Assembly: GCA_963813155.1 (NCBI GenBank)
Contig: CAWEYG010000004.1
Coordinates: 32,001-96,000, forward strand
Origin: an uncultured Acidobacteriota bacterium
GTDB lineage: Bacteria > Acidobacteriota > Thermoanaerobaculia > UBA5066 > DATFVB01
DNA: 64,000 nt
Reading direction: 5' to 3'
A program made the position numbers and the translations under genes. This document shows, in pieces, positions 52,585 through 61,750 of this stretch; position 1 is the first letter of the stretch; every line of letters starts with the position of its first letter. The notes beneath the pieces were generated by a model that saw nothing but the letters and a program-made list of their open reading frames with translations, made no database searches and was not told the DNA's origin.

Positions 52585-53367
52585 ATGACGATGACGTTTC
52601 GCGCATTCGGTTTGACCGATATCGGCCGGAAGCGAAAGCACAACGAAGATTCCTTCGTGATCGACCTCGGCGAGGGACTGTTCGTCGTCGCGGACGGAAT
52701 GGGCGGCCACGCCGCCGGCGAGGTCGCCGCCAAGATCGCCGTCGACACCATCGAAGAATTCATCAGCGACACGAGCCAGAAGTTCGAAAGCACGTGGCCT
52801 TTCCAGTACAACCACCAGTGGCGGTTCAACAGCAACCGTCTCGCGGTCGCCGTCGAGAAAGCCAACGAGAGGGTGATCTCCGCGGTCGCGAAGCAGCCCG
52901 CGCTGAAAGGCATGGGGACGACCCTCGTCGGCGCCATCCTCAACGGCTCGGGCATGTCGCTCGCCCACGTCGGAGACAGCCGCGCCTACCGCTTCCGGGG
53001 CCGCGAGCTGCGCCGCCTGACCGACGACCATTCGTGGGTTCACGAGCAGATCGTGACGGGCATCCTCACCGAGGAGGAGGCGAAATCGCACCCCCTGAAG
53101 AACGTCGTGACCCGGGCTCTCGGCGGCGGTCCGACCGTCATGCCGGAGCTTCAGGAGCTCGACCTGCAGCCCGGCGACCAGTACCTCTTCTGTTCCGACG
53201 GTCTGACGACGATGCTTTCCGACGAGGAGGTCGGGCAGGTGCTCGTCGCCGAGGGCGATCCGGAAGCCTCCTGCCGGGAGTTGATCGAGAAAGCCAACGA
53301 AAAGGGCGGGCTCGACAACATCACGGTGATCATCGTCGAGGTCCGCGAGAACTCGCAGCCCGCCTGA
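52585..53367 (+). CDS. PP2C-type Ser/Thr protein phosphatase
   Basis: GRKRKHNED, VADGMGGH, GTT, HVGDSR, CSDGL, GGLDNIT. Confidence 0.95.
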   Translation: MTMTFRAFGLTDIGRKRKHNEDSFVIDLGEGLFVVADGMGGHAAGEVAAKIAVDTIEEFISDTSQKFESTWPFQYNHQWRFNSNRLAVAVEKANERVISAVAKQPALKGMGTTLVGAILNGSGMSLAHVGDSRAYRFRGRELRRLTDDHSWVHEQIVTGILTEEEAKSHPLKNVVTRALGGGPTVMPELQELDLQPGDQYLFCSDGLTTMLSDEEVGQVLVAEGDPEASCRELIEKANEKGGLDNITVIIVEVRENSQPA

Positions 53368-53478
53368 GTCTCCCGGCGGAATGAAACGCCGGAGCCCGGT
53401 GTTCCGTAAACGTAACAGCGCATTGGTCTCGACTGCGAGAAAGGCTATCGTCGCGCATGGTCCTGTAGATTCAGACAT

Positions 53479-54942
53479 TTGCCTGTCGCGGCAGTGCTGC
53501 TGATGACGGCGTTTGTGCCGCCGTCGTCTCTCCGGGCTTCTCCCTGGCAGCGGCGCGAGCTGCTGCGCTCTCCTCTGGCGATCAACCTGCACCATCCGGA
53601 CCTGCGATTTCTCGACGACGCGGGGCCGGGCGACCTCTCGCTGTGGGGAGGCAAGCTGCGCGTCCGCGCCCCCGGTGTCAGCGCGGAGACGGTCGCGTCG
53701 ATCGCTCCGGCCATCGAGGCGAGACTCCGCGGCTCGCTCGATTCGTGGGACGTTCCGTTCTCGGCGAGCGACCCGATCCGCCTGCTGATCGTCGCCTCCG
53801 GCGAATCCCCCTTCTCGGAGGTTTTCAGCCTCGCCGGAGAAGGCGGCGCCGACCGCGAGCCGGTGATCGCGTTGAACGTCACGGGGCAGACGGACGTCGA
53901 GATCGCGGCCGAGGTGGTCCGCGACGTGGGGTCTTTCGTGCTTCGGCGCCTGGCTCCCGGCGCGGACGAGGCGCTCGTCTTCGCGGCCGCCCGCGCCGTG
54001 TCGATTTCCGGCGACCTTCTCGACTCGGATCGACAGGAGATCCGCGAGGCGGGATCTTCGCCGGTCAACAGCCTCGAGCGACGCGAAGGAGAGATCTTCG
54101 CCGCGGCCTGGATCGACGAGATGGCGGCCGGGGCGGGGTCGAGCTTCGTTTCCTCCGTCTGGACCAGCCGCGTCGCCACGGGCGAGAGCACGCTGCTCGC
54201 GTTCGCCCGGGCCTACGCGGAAGCGACGCACCAGTCGCCGTGGGACGCGCTCCAGCGTTCACTGGAGCGAGATTACAGCCGGACGGAAGTTTTCGGCGAT
54301 CTCTCCCGCCTCACCGATCGCGATCGGGAGGCGGGCGTTCTCGACGCGTCCAGCCCGGCCCCGCTTTCCTGGAGGTTCTTCAGCGCCGACATCGACCCCG
54401 CCGCCGGAGCGTCGGCCGGCCTGAACGTCTCCTGGCCCGGCGACGCGGCGCGAGGGTTCGCCGTGCTCCACTACGAAGACTCCCTTCCGAGCGACGTCAT
54501 TCGTTTCGCGCCCGGAGAGTCGAAGACGCTGCCCCTCTCGGGCGTCTCGAGGATCGACTGGATCGTCGCGGGAGGCGACCGCGCGGGTTCCGCGCTGGCG
54601 TCGCCGGTGCCGATTTCTCCCCTCGAGAATTTTCCGCTTTCCGGGCTTTCGGCCCGCGCCGTCGCCGAGCCCGGCCAGGGTGTCTCGCTCGAATGGAGCA
54701 CGGCCCGCCAGCTCGACGTCGGCGGATGGGCGATCTTTCGGGCGGAAGTGGACGAGTCCGGCAGGATCGCGAAGTCCGCTCCGCAGTGGCTTCCTTCTTC
54801 GAGCGGGCCGCAGCAGCACTCGCTGTATTCGTTCGTCGATTCCACGGCCGTTCCCGGCCGTTACTATCGCTACGATGTCTGGGCCGTCACGGAAGACGGC
54901 GCCCTCTCCCGTTCGTTCCGGGAGACCGTTCAGGCGCGGTAA
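53479..54942 (+). CDS. Hypothetical exported protein with C-terminal FN3-like domain
   Basis: Hydrophobic N-terminus; VSLEWST..., YSFVDST..PGRYYRYDVWAVTEDG; start uncertain. Confidence 0.65.
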   Translation: MPVAAVLLMTAFVPPSSLRASPWQRRELLRSPLAINLHHPDLRFLDDAGPGDLSLWGGKLRVRAPGVSAETVASIAPAIEARLRGSLDSWDVPFSASDPIRLLIVASGESPFSEVFSLAGEGGADREPVIALNVTGQTDVEIAAEVVRDVGSFVLRRLAPGADEALVFAAARAVSISGDLLDSDRQEIREAGSSPVNSLERREGEIFAAAWIDEMAAGAGSSFVSSVWTSRVATGESTLLAFARAYAEATHQSPWDALQRSLERDYSRTEVFGDLSRLTDRDREAGVLDASSPAPLSWRFFSADIDPAAGASAGLNVSWPGDAARGFAVLHYEDSLPSDVIRFAPGESKTLPLSGVSRIDWIVAGGDRAGSALASPVPISPLENFPLSGLSARAVAEPGQGVSLEWSTARQLDVGGWAIFRAEVDESGRIAKSAPQWLPSSSGPQQHSLYSFVDSTAVPGRYYRYDVWAVTEDGALSRSFRETVQAR

Positions 54943-54972
54943 TCCGGATCTCGCTTTCGACGGCGATCGCCG

Positions 54973-56253
54973 TCAGATCGCCTCGACGACGACCGCTCCG
55001 CCCTGTCCCCCTCCGATGCACATCGTGGCGACGCCGAGCGCGACGTTTCGCCGCCGCATCTCCTTCAGGAGCGTCAGCACGAGCCGTGTGCCGCTCGACC
55101 CGACCGGGTGTCCGAGCGCGATCGCTCCGCCGTTGACGTTCGTCCGGTCGAAGTCGATCTCGCCGATCGGGCCGTCGAGCCCGTTCTTCTTCGCCCAGTC
55201 GGCAGAGCTCCACACTTTCGCGCACGCGAGCACCTGCGCGGCAAACGCCTCGTTGATTTCGAGCAGGCCGACGTCCTTCCACGCGACGCCGGCGCGCTTC
55301 AGGGCCAGCGGAGTCGCGACGACGGGCCCGAGGCCCATCCGAGCGGGGTCGGTGCCGGCGAAACCGAAGGACAGGATTCGGCCGATCGGCTTGAGCCCGA
55401 GGCCCCGGGCTGCTTCTTCGGACATCACGAGCGTGGCAGCTCCGCCGTCGGTGATCTGGGAGGAGTTCCCGGCGGTCACGGTTCCGAATTTCCGGTCGAA
55501 GTAGGGCTTCAGCTTCGCGAGCGCTTCCAGGGTCTGATTTTCGCGGATGCCGTTGTCCTGGACGGCGAGCCGGCCGTAGTCGGGCGGAATCGGGACGGGA
55601 ACGATTTCCTCGGCGAGCTTCGAGCGGGCAGCGGCCGCGCGCTGATGCGATCGCAGGGCGAAGGCGTCCTGTTCCTCCCGCGTGATGTGGAATTCCTTCG
55701 CGAGGATTTCCGCGGTCTGTCCCATGTTGAGATCGCAGATCGGGTCGGTCAGGCCCAGCTCGAGTCCGACGACCGGCCGGAAATCGGACGGGCGAAACCG
55801 AAGGAGCGCGCCGAGCCGCGCGCCCGCGCTCTTCGCGCCGAACAGGGCGAAGAACTTCCGCTTCGCCGCCTCCGAAAAGAGCAAAGGGATCTGCGACATC
55901 GATTCGACTCCGCCCGCGGCGACCGCTTCGTTGAGTCCCGCCTGGATCCGCAGAAAACCGTCCGCGATCGACTCCGCGCCGGAGCCGCAATTCCTCCCGA
56001 CGGTGAACGCGGCCACCGAGCGAGGAACCCCCGAGCGCAGCGCGATCACCCTTGCGATGTTCGCCGAATCCGCGGGAGTCGCGATGTTCCCGAAGATGAC
56101 CTCGTCGAGGTGCGCGGGGTCGAATCCGGTCCGGGCGAAGAGCTCCACGAGCGCGGCCCGTCCCAGGTCCGCCGCCGAGAGGTCGCGAAGGTCGGTGTTC
56201 GCGCGGCAATACGGTGTTCGCACGCCGTCGACGAGAACGACGCTACGCGGCAT
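54973..56253 (-). CDS. Acetyl-CoA C-acyltransferase (thiolase, FadI/FadA-like)
   Basis: RNCGSG, GGVESMS, TAGNSSQITDGG, NEAFA, GHPVG, MCIGGGQG. Confidence 0.93.
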   Translation of the reverse strand: MPRSVVLVDGVRTPYCRANTDLRDLSAADLGRAALVELFARTGFDPAHLDEVIFGNIATPADSANIARVIALRSGVPRSVAAFTVGRNCGSGAESIADGFLRIQAGLNEAVAAGGVESMSQIPLLFSEAAKRKFFALFGAKSAGARLGALLRFRPSDFRPVVGLELGLTDPICDLNMGQTAEILAKEFHITREEQDAFALRSHQRAAAARSKLAEEIVPVPIPPDYGRLAVQDNGIRENQTLEALAKLKPYFDRKFGTVTAGNSSQITDGGAATLVMSEEAARGLGLKPIGRILSFGFAGTDPARMGLGPVVATPLALKRAGVAWKDVGLLEINEAFAAQVLACAKVWSSADWAKKNGLDGPIGEIDFDRTNVNGGAIALGHPVGSSGTRLVLTLLKEMRRRNVALGVATMCIGGGQGGAVVVEAI

Positions 56254-58018
56254 GCGCCTTCTCTTCGTACATTCGGTCGATGAGGGTCTTGTATCTCTCG
56301 TCGATGACCTTGCGCTTGATTTTGAGCGTCGGCGTGATCTCGCCGGCTTCGATCGTCAGCTCGCGCGGGAGCAACGCGAACGCGCGGATCTGCTCGTGGT
56401 GGGCCTTGCCCGCGTTGTAACGGTCGATCTCGCTCTGGATTCCGGCGCGGAGCGAGGCGTCCCGATCGAGAGCGGCGGCATCGCCGGGCGCGGCGGAGGT
56501 CTTTCCGAAGTTCGGCACGATCAGCGCGGAGAGGAACTTTCGCCGGTTTCCGATGACGATCGGGAGGGAAATCCAATCCGATTGCTTCAGGGCGTTTTCG
56601 ATCGGCTGCGGGGCCGCTTTCTTGCCGCCGGAAAGCACGATCAACTCCTTCTTCCGGTCGGTGATCCGGAGAAAACCCTCCGAATCGAGCTCGCCGATGT
56701 CGCCGGTCGCGAACCATCCGTCGGCGTCGATGACCTTCGCGGTTTCTTCCGGCTTGCCGTAGTAGCCTTTCATGATGTGCGGCCCGCGCGTGAGGATCTC
56801 CCCGTCCTCCGCGATCTTCACCTCGACGCCGGGGACAGGTTTCCCGACCGTCCCGAGCCTCCACCGCCCCGGGCCGTTGACCGCGATCACGGGAGACGTC
56901 TCGGTCAAACCGTATCCCTCGTAGATCGTGACGCCCGCGCCCCAGAAAAATTCCGCGAGCTCCTGCGAAAGGGGGGCTCCGCCCGAAATCGCGAACTGGA
57001 AATTCGGTCCGAGGCGCGCCCGGAGCTTCGAAAAGACGAGCCGGTCGGCGATGCGGATCCCGAGGGAGGTCGGATCGGTCTCGCCGCCTTCGAGGCGGCG
57101 AAGGCGTTCGCGGCCCTTCCCGGCAGCCCAGCCGAAGATCGCGCGCTTGAGCGGCGATTTCGCCGCCTTCTCCCGGACGGCCGCGTAGATCTTCTCGTAG
57201 ACGCGCGGGACTGCCCCGAAGACGCCGGGCTTCACGATGGCGAGGGCGTCGCGGACCTTGTTGACGTCGTCGAGATAGGCGATGCGGCTTCCCTTGTACA
57301 GGTACGCGTAGTCGATCATCCGCTCGAAGACGTGCGACAGGGGAAGGAAAGAGAGGGCGACCGTGTCGCTGGGAAACGGAACGACTTCGCAGCAGGCAAG
57401 CACGTTGGACGCGAAGTTTCCGTGCGTCAGCACGGCGCCCTTCGGTTCGCCAGTTGTGCCCGAGGTATAGATGATCGTCGCGGGGTCTCCGGCGCGGATC
57501 CGTTTTGCGCGCGTCTCGAAGACGGTCGAGCCCATCTCGAGATTTCCGCGCCCCCGGTCCACCGTGCGCAGCCAGCTGTCGTATCCCGCCTCGGCCGGAG
57601 GTTCGGGGTCGATGGAAAGGACGTGCTCCAGCGAGGGACACTTTTCCCGGATCGACACCAGTTTCTCGAGCTGTTCCGACGTCGAGACGACGGCGATGCG
57701 CGCGCCGGAATCGTTCAGGATCTGGACGATCGGCTCCGCCGGGAGCGTGGGGTAGATGGGAACGGTCAGAGCGCCGCCGCACACGATCGCGTAGTCGGTC
57801 ATCGCCCACTCCGGCCGGTTTTCCGAGAGGATCGCGACCCGGTCTCCCGGCTGCATCCCGAGCGCGTTCAAGCCCAGGGAGAGGGCGCGGACCGTGAAGG
57901 AGAAGTCGCGCGACGCGATCGGTTTCCACTTCTCGCCGTCGCGGGCGAAGAGAAGATCCGGCCGGTCGGACCGCGCGGCAATCTCGAAGATGTCGTACAG
58001 CGTTTCGATCTCGGGCAT
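56243..58018 (-). CDS. Long-chain fatty acid-CoA ligase
   Basis: YTSGTTGEPKG, FLPLSHVFER, YEGYGLTET, TGDIG, ITDRKKEL. Confidence 0.93.
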   Translation of the reverse strand: MPEIETLYDIFEIAARSDRPDLLFARDGEKWKPIASRDFSFTVRALSLGLNALGMQPGDRVAILSENRPEWAMTDYAIVCGGALTVPIYPTLPAEPIVQILNDSGARIAVVSTSEQLEKLVSIREKCPSLEHVLSIDPEPPAEAGYDSWLRTVDRGRGNLEMGSTVFETRAKRIRAGDPATIIYTSGTTGEPKGAVLTHGNFASNVLACCEVVPFPSDTVALSFLPLSHVFERMIDYAYLYKGSRIAYLDDVNKVRDALAIVKPGVFGAVPRVYEKIYAAVREKAAKSPLKRAIFGWAAGKGRERLRRLEGGETDPTSLGIRIADRLVFSKLRARLGPNFQFAISGGAPLSQELAEFFWGAGVTIYEGYGLTETSPVIAVNGPGRWRLGTVGKPVPGVEVKIAEDGEILTRGPHIMKGYYGKPEETAKVIDADGWFATGDIGELDSEGFLRITDRKKELIVLSGGKKAAPQPIENALKQSDWISLPIVIGNRRKFLSALIVPNFGKTSAAPGDAAALDRDASLRAGIQSEIDRYNAGKAHHEQIRAFALLPRELTIEAGEITPTLKIKRKVIDERYKTLIDRMYEEKAHAA

Positions 58019-58069
58019 CGCGCCTCCGGTTCGAACGATTGTAGCAGGGTGGGTTATTCTCTCGGACCG

Positions 58070-58611
58070 ATGGCGATCGCGCTTCTCCTCGTGACCGGCG
58101 CCGCGGCGGCCGGCTTCCTCGTGTCGTCGTATTTCGGCTTCGTGCTCGCAGCTCACGGGGCCCACGATCCGATGGTGAGGGCGCTCGTGACGCGCCACGT
58201 GCTGTATTCGATTCCGGCGGTGATGCTCTCTCTCTTCTCGCAGTCGATGGTGATCTTCTATTTCATCGGGACCGGCAGGCTCGTGAAGGACGAAGTGGAG
58301 AACTTCCCGGAGGCGAAGAAGCTGCCGGTGCTGCGAGCCCTCCGCCGATTCAAGGCCCGTACCTCGCCGCCCGCGACGTTTTCGATGCTCGCGGCGATCT
58401 TCGTCTTCGTCGTCGGGGGATGGGTGCACACGGCCCCGCCGGGAACGCGCGCCGTCGCGCACTGGACGCACCTGGGAGCGAGCGTGCTTGCGGTCGTCCT
58501 TCACCTCTGGGCCCTTTTCGCCGAGTACCCCGTGTTCGTCGAGAACAACGAACTGATGGCCGATCCGACGGCGTATGCAGCCGCGGGGGCAGGCGTCTCC
58601 CGTGGCCGTGA
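58070..58611 (+). CDS. Hypothetical 4-TM membrane protein; probable 3' frameshift
   Basis: MAIALLLV...; SQSMVIFYFIGTG; His-containing TM helices; TGA 58611 overlaps the next GTG. Confidence 0.65.
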
Positions 58612-59003
58612 AAAAGGGCGTCGTCGTCGCGGCGGCGATTTCCGTGCCGTTCCTCGCGATCGCCGCCCGGGAGGCCTCGAAGCTCCTGGCGGGGCTCTCG
58701 GACCCCGCGAAGTCGAGCCCCGCGTCGATTCTCTGGATCTTCGCGATCTTCGTCGTCCTCGCGCTGCTCTGGGTTTCGGTGTACGCGATCTCGCGGCGCG
58801 CGCAGCCGGCGTCGGACAGGCTTCCGTTCGCCGCGGCCGCCGCGATCGCGATGCGCGAGGCGAAGAAGCGCCCGCCGGCGGCAAAATGCCCGCGCTGCGG
58901 CCGCGCGCGGATCAGCGACAGCGTTTCGAAATGCCTCTATTGCGGGGCGGAGTTCGGTGGGCCACCGACGCCGGTGACCGGGCACGAAGCTCCTCGGGCA
59001 TGA
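58608..59003 (+). CDS. Membrane protein with C-terminal zinc ribbon
   Basis: 2 TM helices; CPRCG...CLYCG. Confidence 0.65.
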   Translation: MKKGVVVAAAISVPFLAIAAREASKLLAGLSDPAKSSPASILWIFAIFVVLALLWVSVYAISRRAQPASDRLPFAAAAAIAMREAKKRPPAAKCPRCGRARISDSVSKCLYCGAEFGGPPTPVTGHEAPRA

Positions 59004-59014
59004 AGCGATAAAAC

Positions 59015-59048
59015 TTCCTTACTTGTGGTAAGGAATCTGTGGTAAGAT
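59015..59048 (+). promoter_or_regulatory. vapBC promoter/operator
   Basis: Inverted repeat TTCCTTAC-N5-GTAAGGAA; extended -10 TGGTAAGAT 7 nt before the ATG. Confidence 0.65.
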
Positions 59049-59055
59049 CGCGGCC

Positions 59056-59304
59056 ATGTCGAGCGCGAAGATGACGAGCAAAGGCCAGATCACTGTCCCC
59101 AAGAGGATCCGCGAAACGCTGCGGCTCGAGCCCGGAGACAGGATCGAGTTCAGCGCGAGTGCTTCGGGCGAGGTCGTGGTGCGGGCGAAGACTCGCTCGA
59201 TCACAGAGCTCTATGGCGCGCTGAGGCGCCCCGGCCGGCGGCCGGTGTCTCTCGCGGAAATGGAGCGGGCGATCCTCGCGGCGCACGGCAAATCGTCCAC
59301 GTGA
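59056..59304 (+). CDS. vapB: AbrB/MazE/SpoVT-family antitoxin
   Basis: AKMTSKGQITVPKRIRETLRLEPGDRIEF. Confidence 0.9.
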   Translation: MSSAKMTSKGQITVPKRIRETLRLEPGDRIEFSASASGEVVVRAKTRSITELYGALRRPGRRPVSLAEMERAILAAHGKSST

Positions 59305-59727
59305 TTGGTCTCGACACGAATGTCGCTGATCCGGCTGCTCGTCGAGGATGACGCGCGCCAGGCGAGGGCCGCGAAAGAACTGATCTCGAGCGCAGTGGCC
59401 CGCGGAGAACTACTGCGAGTCGATCCGGTCGTGCTGTGCGAGGTCGTGTGGGTTCTTCGGAGCGCGTATCGCGTGCCGAAAGCTCGGATCGCCGACGTTC
59501 TGGAAGGGTTGCTTTCGGCCGGCGAGCTCGAGATCGGAGACGCGGACCCGGTGCGCGACGCGCTCGAGGACTTTCGAGTGGGGAAGGGCGACTTCGCCGA
59601 CTACGTCATCGCTCGCCGCAACCAGGCTGCGGGCTGCGGGGTCACGGCAACCTTCGACCGCTCGCATTCCGGCGATTCGTCTTTTCGCGTGATCTCGCCG
59701 GGTCACCGAAAGCGCGGTGGAGGCTGA
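59301..59727 (+). CDS. vapC: PIN-domain toxin; frameshift near 59325
   Basis: VIGLDTNV..LIRLLVEDD, VLCEVVWVL, GDFADYVI, TFD. Confidence 0.88.
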
Positions 59728-59789
59728 GGTCGTTGCGGGCCTGGCGCGACGTCCCCGTGATCCGCGCCCGAAGCCCTCGGGCGTTTCGC

Positions 59790-60109
59790 TTACGTCCGGA
59801 GCGGCTGGAACCCGGTGATCGAGACCTTGTCCGCTACGCGGTCCTTGCCGTCGAGGTGGTACGTCACCGTAACTTCGTCTCCCACCTTCAGGTCTGACCA
59901 GGTCGCCTTTTTCTCGCCAATCAGGTAGGTCGTCTCAGCGGAGGTCTTGTAGCTCGATTCCTTGGTCTTCCATTTCAACGTGAAGGTCTTGGACGCATCG
60001 TTGACCGCGCTCACTTTACCGCCCTGCGGGGGCTCGAACGCTGCAACGACCCGCTGACCGCGAACAGGCAGAGGCAGACGAGAAGTCCCCAGGTCATGAT
60101 CTTTCGCAT
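59790..60109 (-). CDS. Small exported OB-fold-like protein; frameshift after the signal peptide
   Basis: RBS AGGAGG; MRKIMTWGLLVCLCLFA; GKVSAVN...TFTL, LKVGDEVTVTY. Confidence 0.65.
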
Positions 60110-60401
60110 ACGAGCCTCCTCTCTGAAAATCATCATCGCCAGTATACCCGCCGGGTGCGCGGTCACGGTCGAGGTGGTACTCGGACGACCCGCCGCGCAA
60201 AGTCTCGGTCAGGTACTCAAGCGTTGAAGGCGTTCGGTATGAGCTGACGCTGTCCGTCGTCAAGTCCGAACACGACCACCGGCCGTATTTGCTCATCCAG
60301 GATTGGCAGACCAGGGAGCTTGGAGGGCAACTCAGACGTCTCTCGCGCGCGGTGACGGCGCGGTGACCGACTACCTGACCTCCTCGCGTGCGCGCCGGTT
60401 T

Positions 60402-60450
60402 CCGTTTGACCGTAGTTTGACCCGGACACACGTCAAACTGGGGTCAACGG
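60402..60450. repeat. Direct + inverted TTTGAC repeats (integrase arm-site-like)
   Basis: GTTTGACC at 60404 and 60415; GTCAAAC at 60432; GGTCAAC at 60442. Confidence 0.55.
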
Positions 60451-60475
60451 GGGCCGTGTTCACACGGTGCACGCA

Positions 60476-60510
60476 GAAGAAAAGAGGCGGGCCGTTAGTT
60501 TCGGCCCGCC
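60476..60510 (-). terminator. Intrinsic terminator downstream of the tRNA
   Basis: GGCGGGCCG/CGGCCCGCC stem with a T-tract on the minus strand. Confidence 0.7.
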
Positions 60511-60539
60511 GATATTGGCGTAAAACCCTTGTCTTGAGG

Positions 60540-60616
60540 TGGTGGCGGCGGGGGGAATCGAACCTCCGACATGGCGCTTATGAGACGCCCGCTCTAACCA
60601 TCTGAGCTACGCCGCC
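60540..60616 (-). tRNA. tRNA-Met (CAT), probably elongator
   Basis: GGCGGCGTAGCTCAGATGGTTAGAGCG GGCGT CTCATAA GCGCC ATGTCGGAGGTTCGATTCCCCCCGCCGCCACCA; G1-C72 pair argues against initiator; Ile2 not fully excluded. Confidence 0.93.
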
Positions 60617-60695
60617 CGGAGCGCCTTTTATCACAGGCACGGACCATCCTCTCCCGCGACGCGCTGCCGGCCTCATACCCCAGCGACGTGCTTGC

Positions 60696-61022
60696 TCAGT
60701 ACGCCTCGGGCCCGTTGGGCTCGGGCGCTCGTCGCGCCGTCCGCGCAGTTGAAGTCAGTGAAGTGCTGGCGGCCGCGCGCCGGCGGACGAGGACGATGTT
60801 TCGGATGTAGACGAAGAAGCCGAATGCCTGCCCCGAGATGAAGACGGGATCTCTCCGCTCGATCGAGTAGGCGAGAAGGAGCGCGGCCCCCGCGAGAGAG
60901 AAATACCAGAAGACCATCGGTATGTGGCTTTCGCCTTTCCGTTCGGAGGAGATCCACTGGACGAAGAAGCGTAGGAAAAATGCGATCTGGCCGGCGAACC
61001 CCACGACAATCCACGCGCTCAT
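60696..61022 (-). CDS. Lipid A biosynthesis N-terminal (LAB_N) domain membrane protein
   Basis: GFAGQIAFFLRFFVQWISSE, FWYFSLAG, DPVFISGQ, VYIRN. Confidence 0.88.
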   Translation of the reverse strand: MSAWIVVGFAGQIAFFLRFFVQWISSERKGESHIPMVFWYFSLAGAALLLAYSIERRDPVFISGQAFGFFVYIRNIVLVRRRAAASTSLTSTARTARRAPEPNGPEAY

Positions 61023-61750
61023 AGTTCCTCCCACTCGGAATGGACACGCCGCCGCAAGAGCCATCTCAAGCCCGCCAGGTCCGCGGCGGGCGAGAGGAGG
61101 CGATTGAAGAGCCCGTACTTCGCGCGCCCGTGGATGCGGGGGCGGTGGCGAATCGGAACTTCCTCGACGCGCCCGCCTTCCCGTCGAACGAGCGCCGCGA
61201 TGAATCGATGCATTCCGTTGAAGCGAACGATCCGCCGGGCCATTTCCGCCCGGATCGCCCAGAGGCACGTCCCGCCGTCGTGCGCGCCATCCCGCAGAAC
61301 CGTGCGCCTCACGGCGTTGGCAAGGCGTGAGCTGAGCCGCCTCACGAGAGGGTCGTTTCGCGCGGTTCGAACGCCGAGTGCCGCATCGGCCCTCGCCAGA
61401 GCCGCCAAAAGAAGCTTGATGTCCGCGGGGTCGCTCTGGAGGTCTGCGTCCATCACGACGATTCGATCTCCCCGTGCCGCATCGATGCCGGTGACGGCGG
61501 CGGCGGACTTTCCCTCGCGTCTCTCCCGGCGGAGCACTCGAAGCGCAACACCGGGCCTGCGGGTACGCCAGGCGAGAGCGCGGCGCGCGGTTGCGTCCGT
61601 CGAACCGTCGTCGACCAGGAGGATTTCGGCACTGGTCCCGCCCGCGCTCAATTCAGCGGTGAGCTCATCGAGGAGCGGCTCGAGGTTATCCTCCTCGTCG
61701 TAGGCCGGAAGCACGATCGAGACCTCGGGAGCCCGGAGGTCGGTGTTCAC
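61019..61750 (-). CDS. GT2 polyprenyl-phosphate glycosyltransferase
   Basis: SIVLPAYDE, VDDGSTD, MDADLQSDP, GMHRFI, HRPRIHG.AKYG. Confidence 0.92.
   Translation of the reverse strand: MNTDLRAPEVSIVLPAYDEEDNLEPLLDELTAELSAGGTSAEILLVDDGSTDATARRALAWRTRRPGVALRVLRRERREGKSAAAVTGIDAARGDRIVVMDADLQSDPADIKLLLAALARADAALGVRTARNDPLVRRLSSRLANAVRRTVLRDGAHDGGTCLWAIRAEMARRIVRFNGMHRFIAALVRREGGRVEEVPIRHRPRIHGRAKYGLFNRLLSPAADLAGLRWLLRRRVHSEWEEL

Noticed and set aside
55682-59011. 1109-aa plus-strand ORF
   Set aside because: Antisense to thiolase/fadD; only the part from 58070 is a real membrane protein
59011-60540. Intact integrative element with an attL/attR pair
   Set aside because: No integrase and no second copy of the tRNA 3' end found by eye
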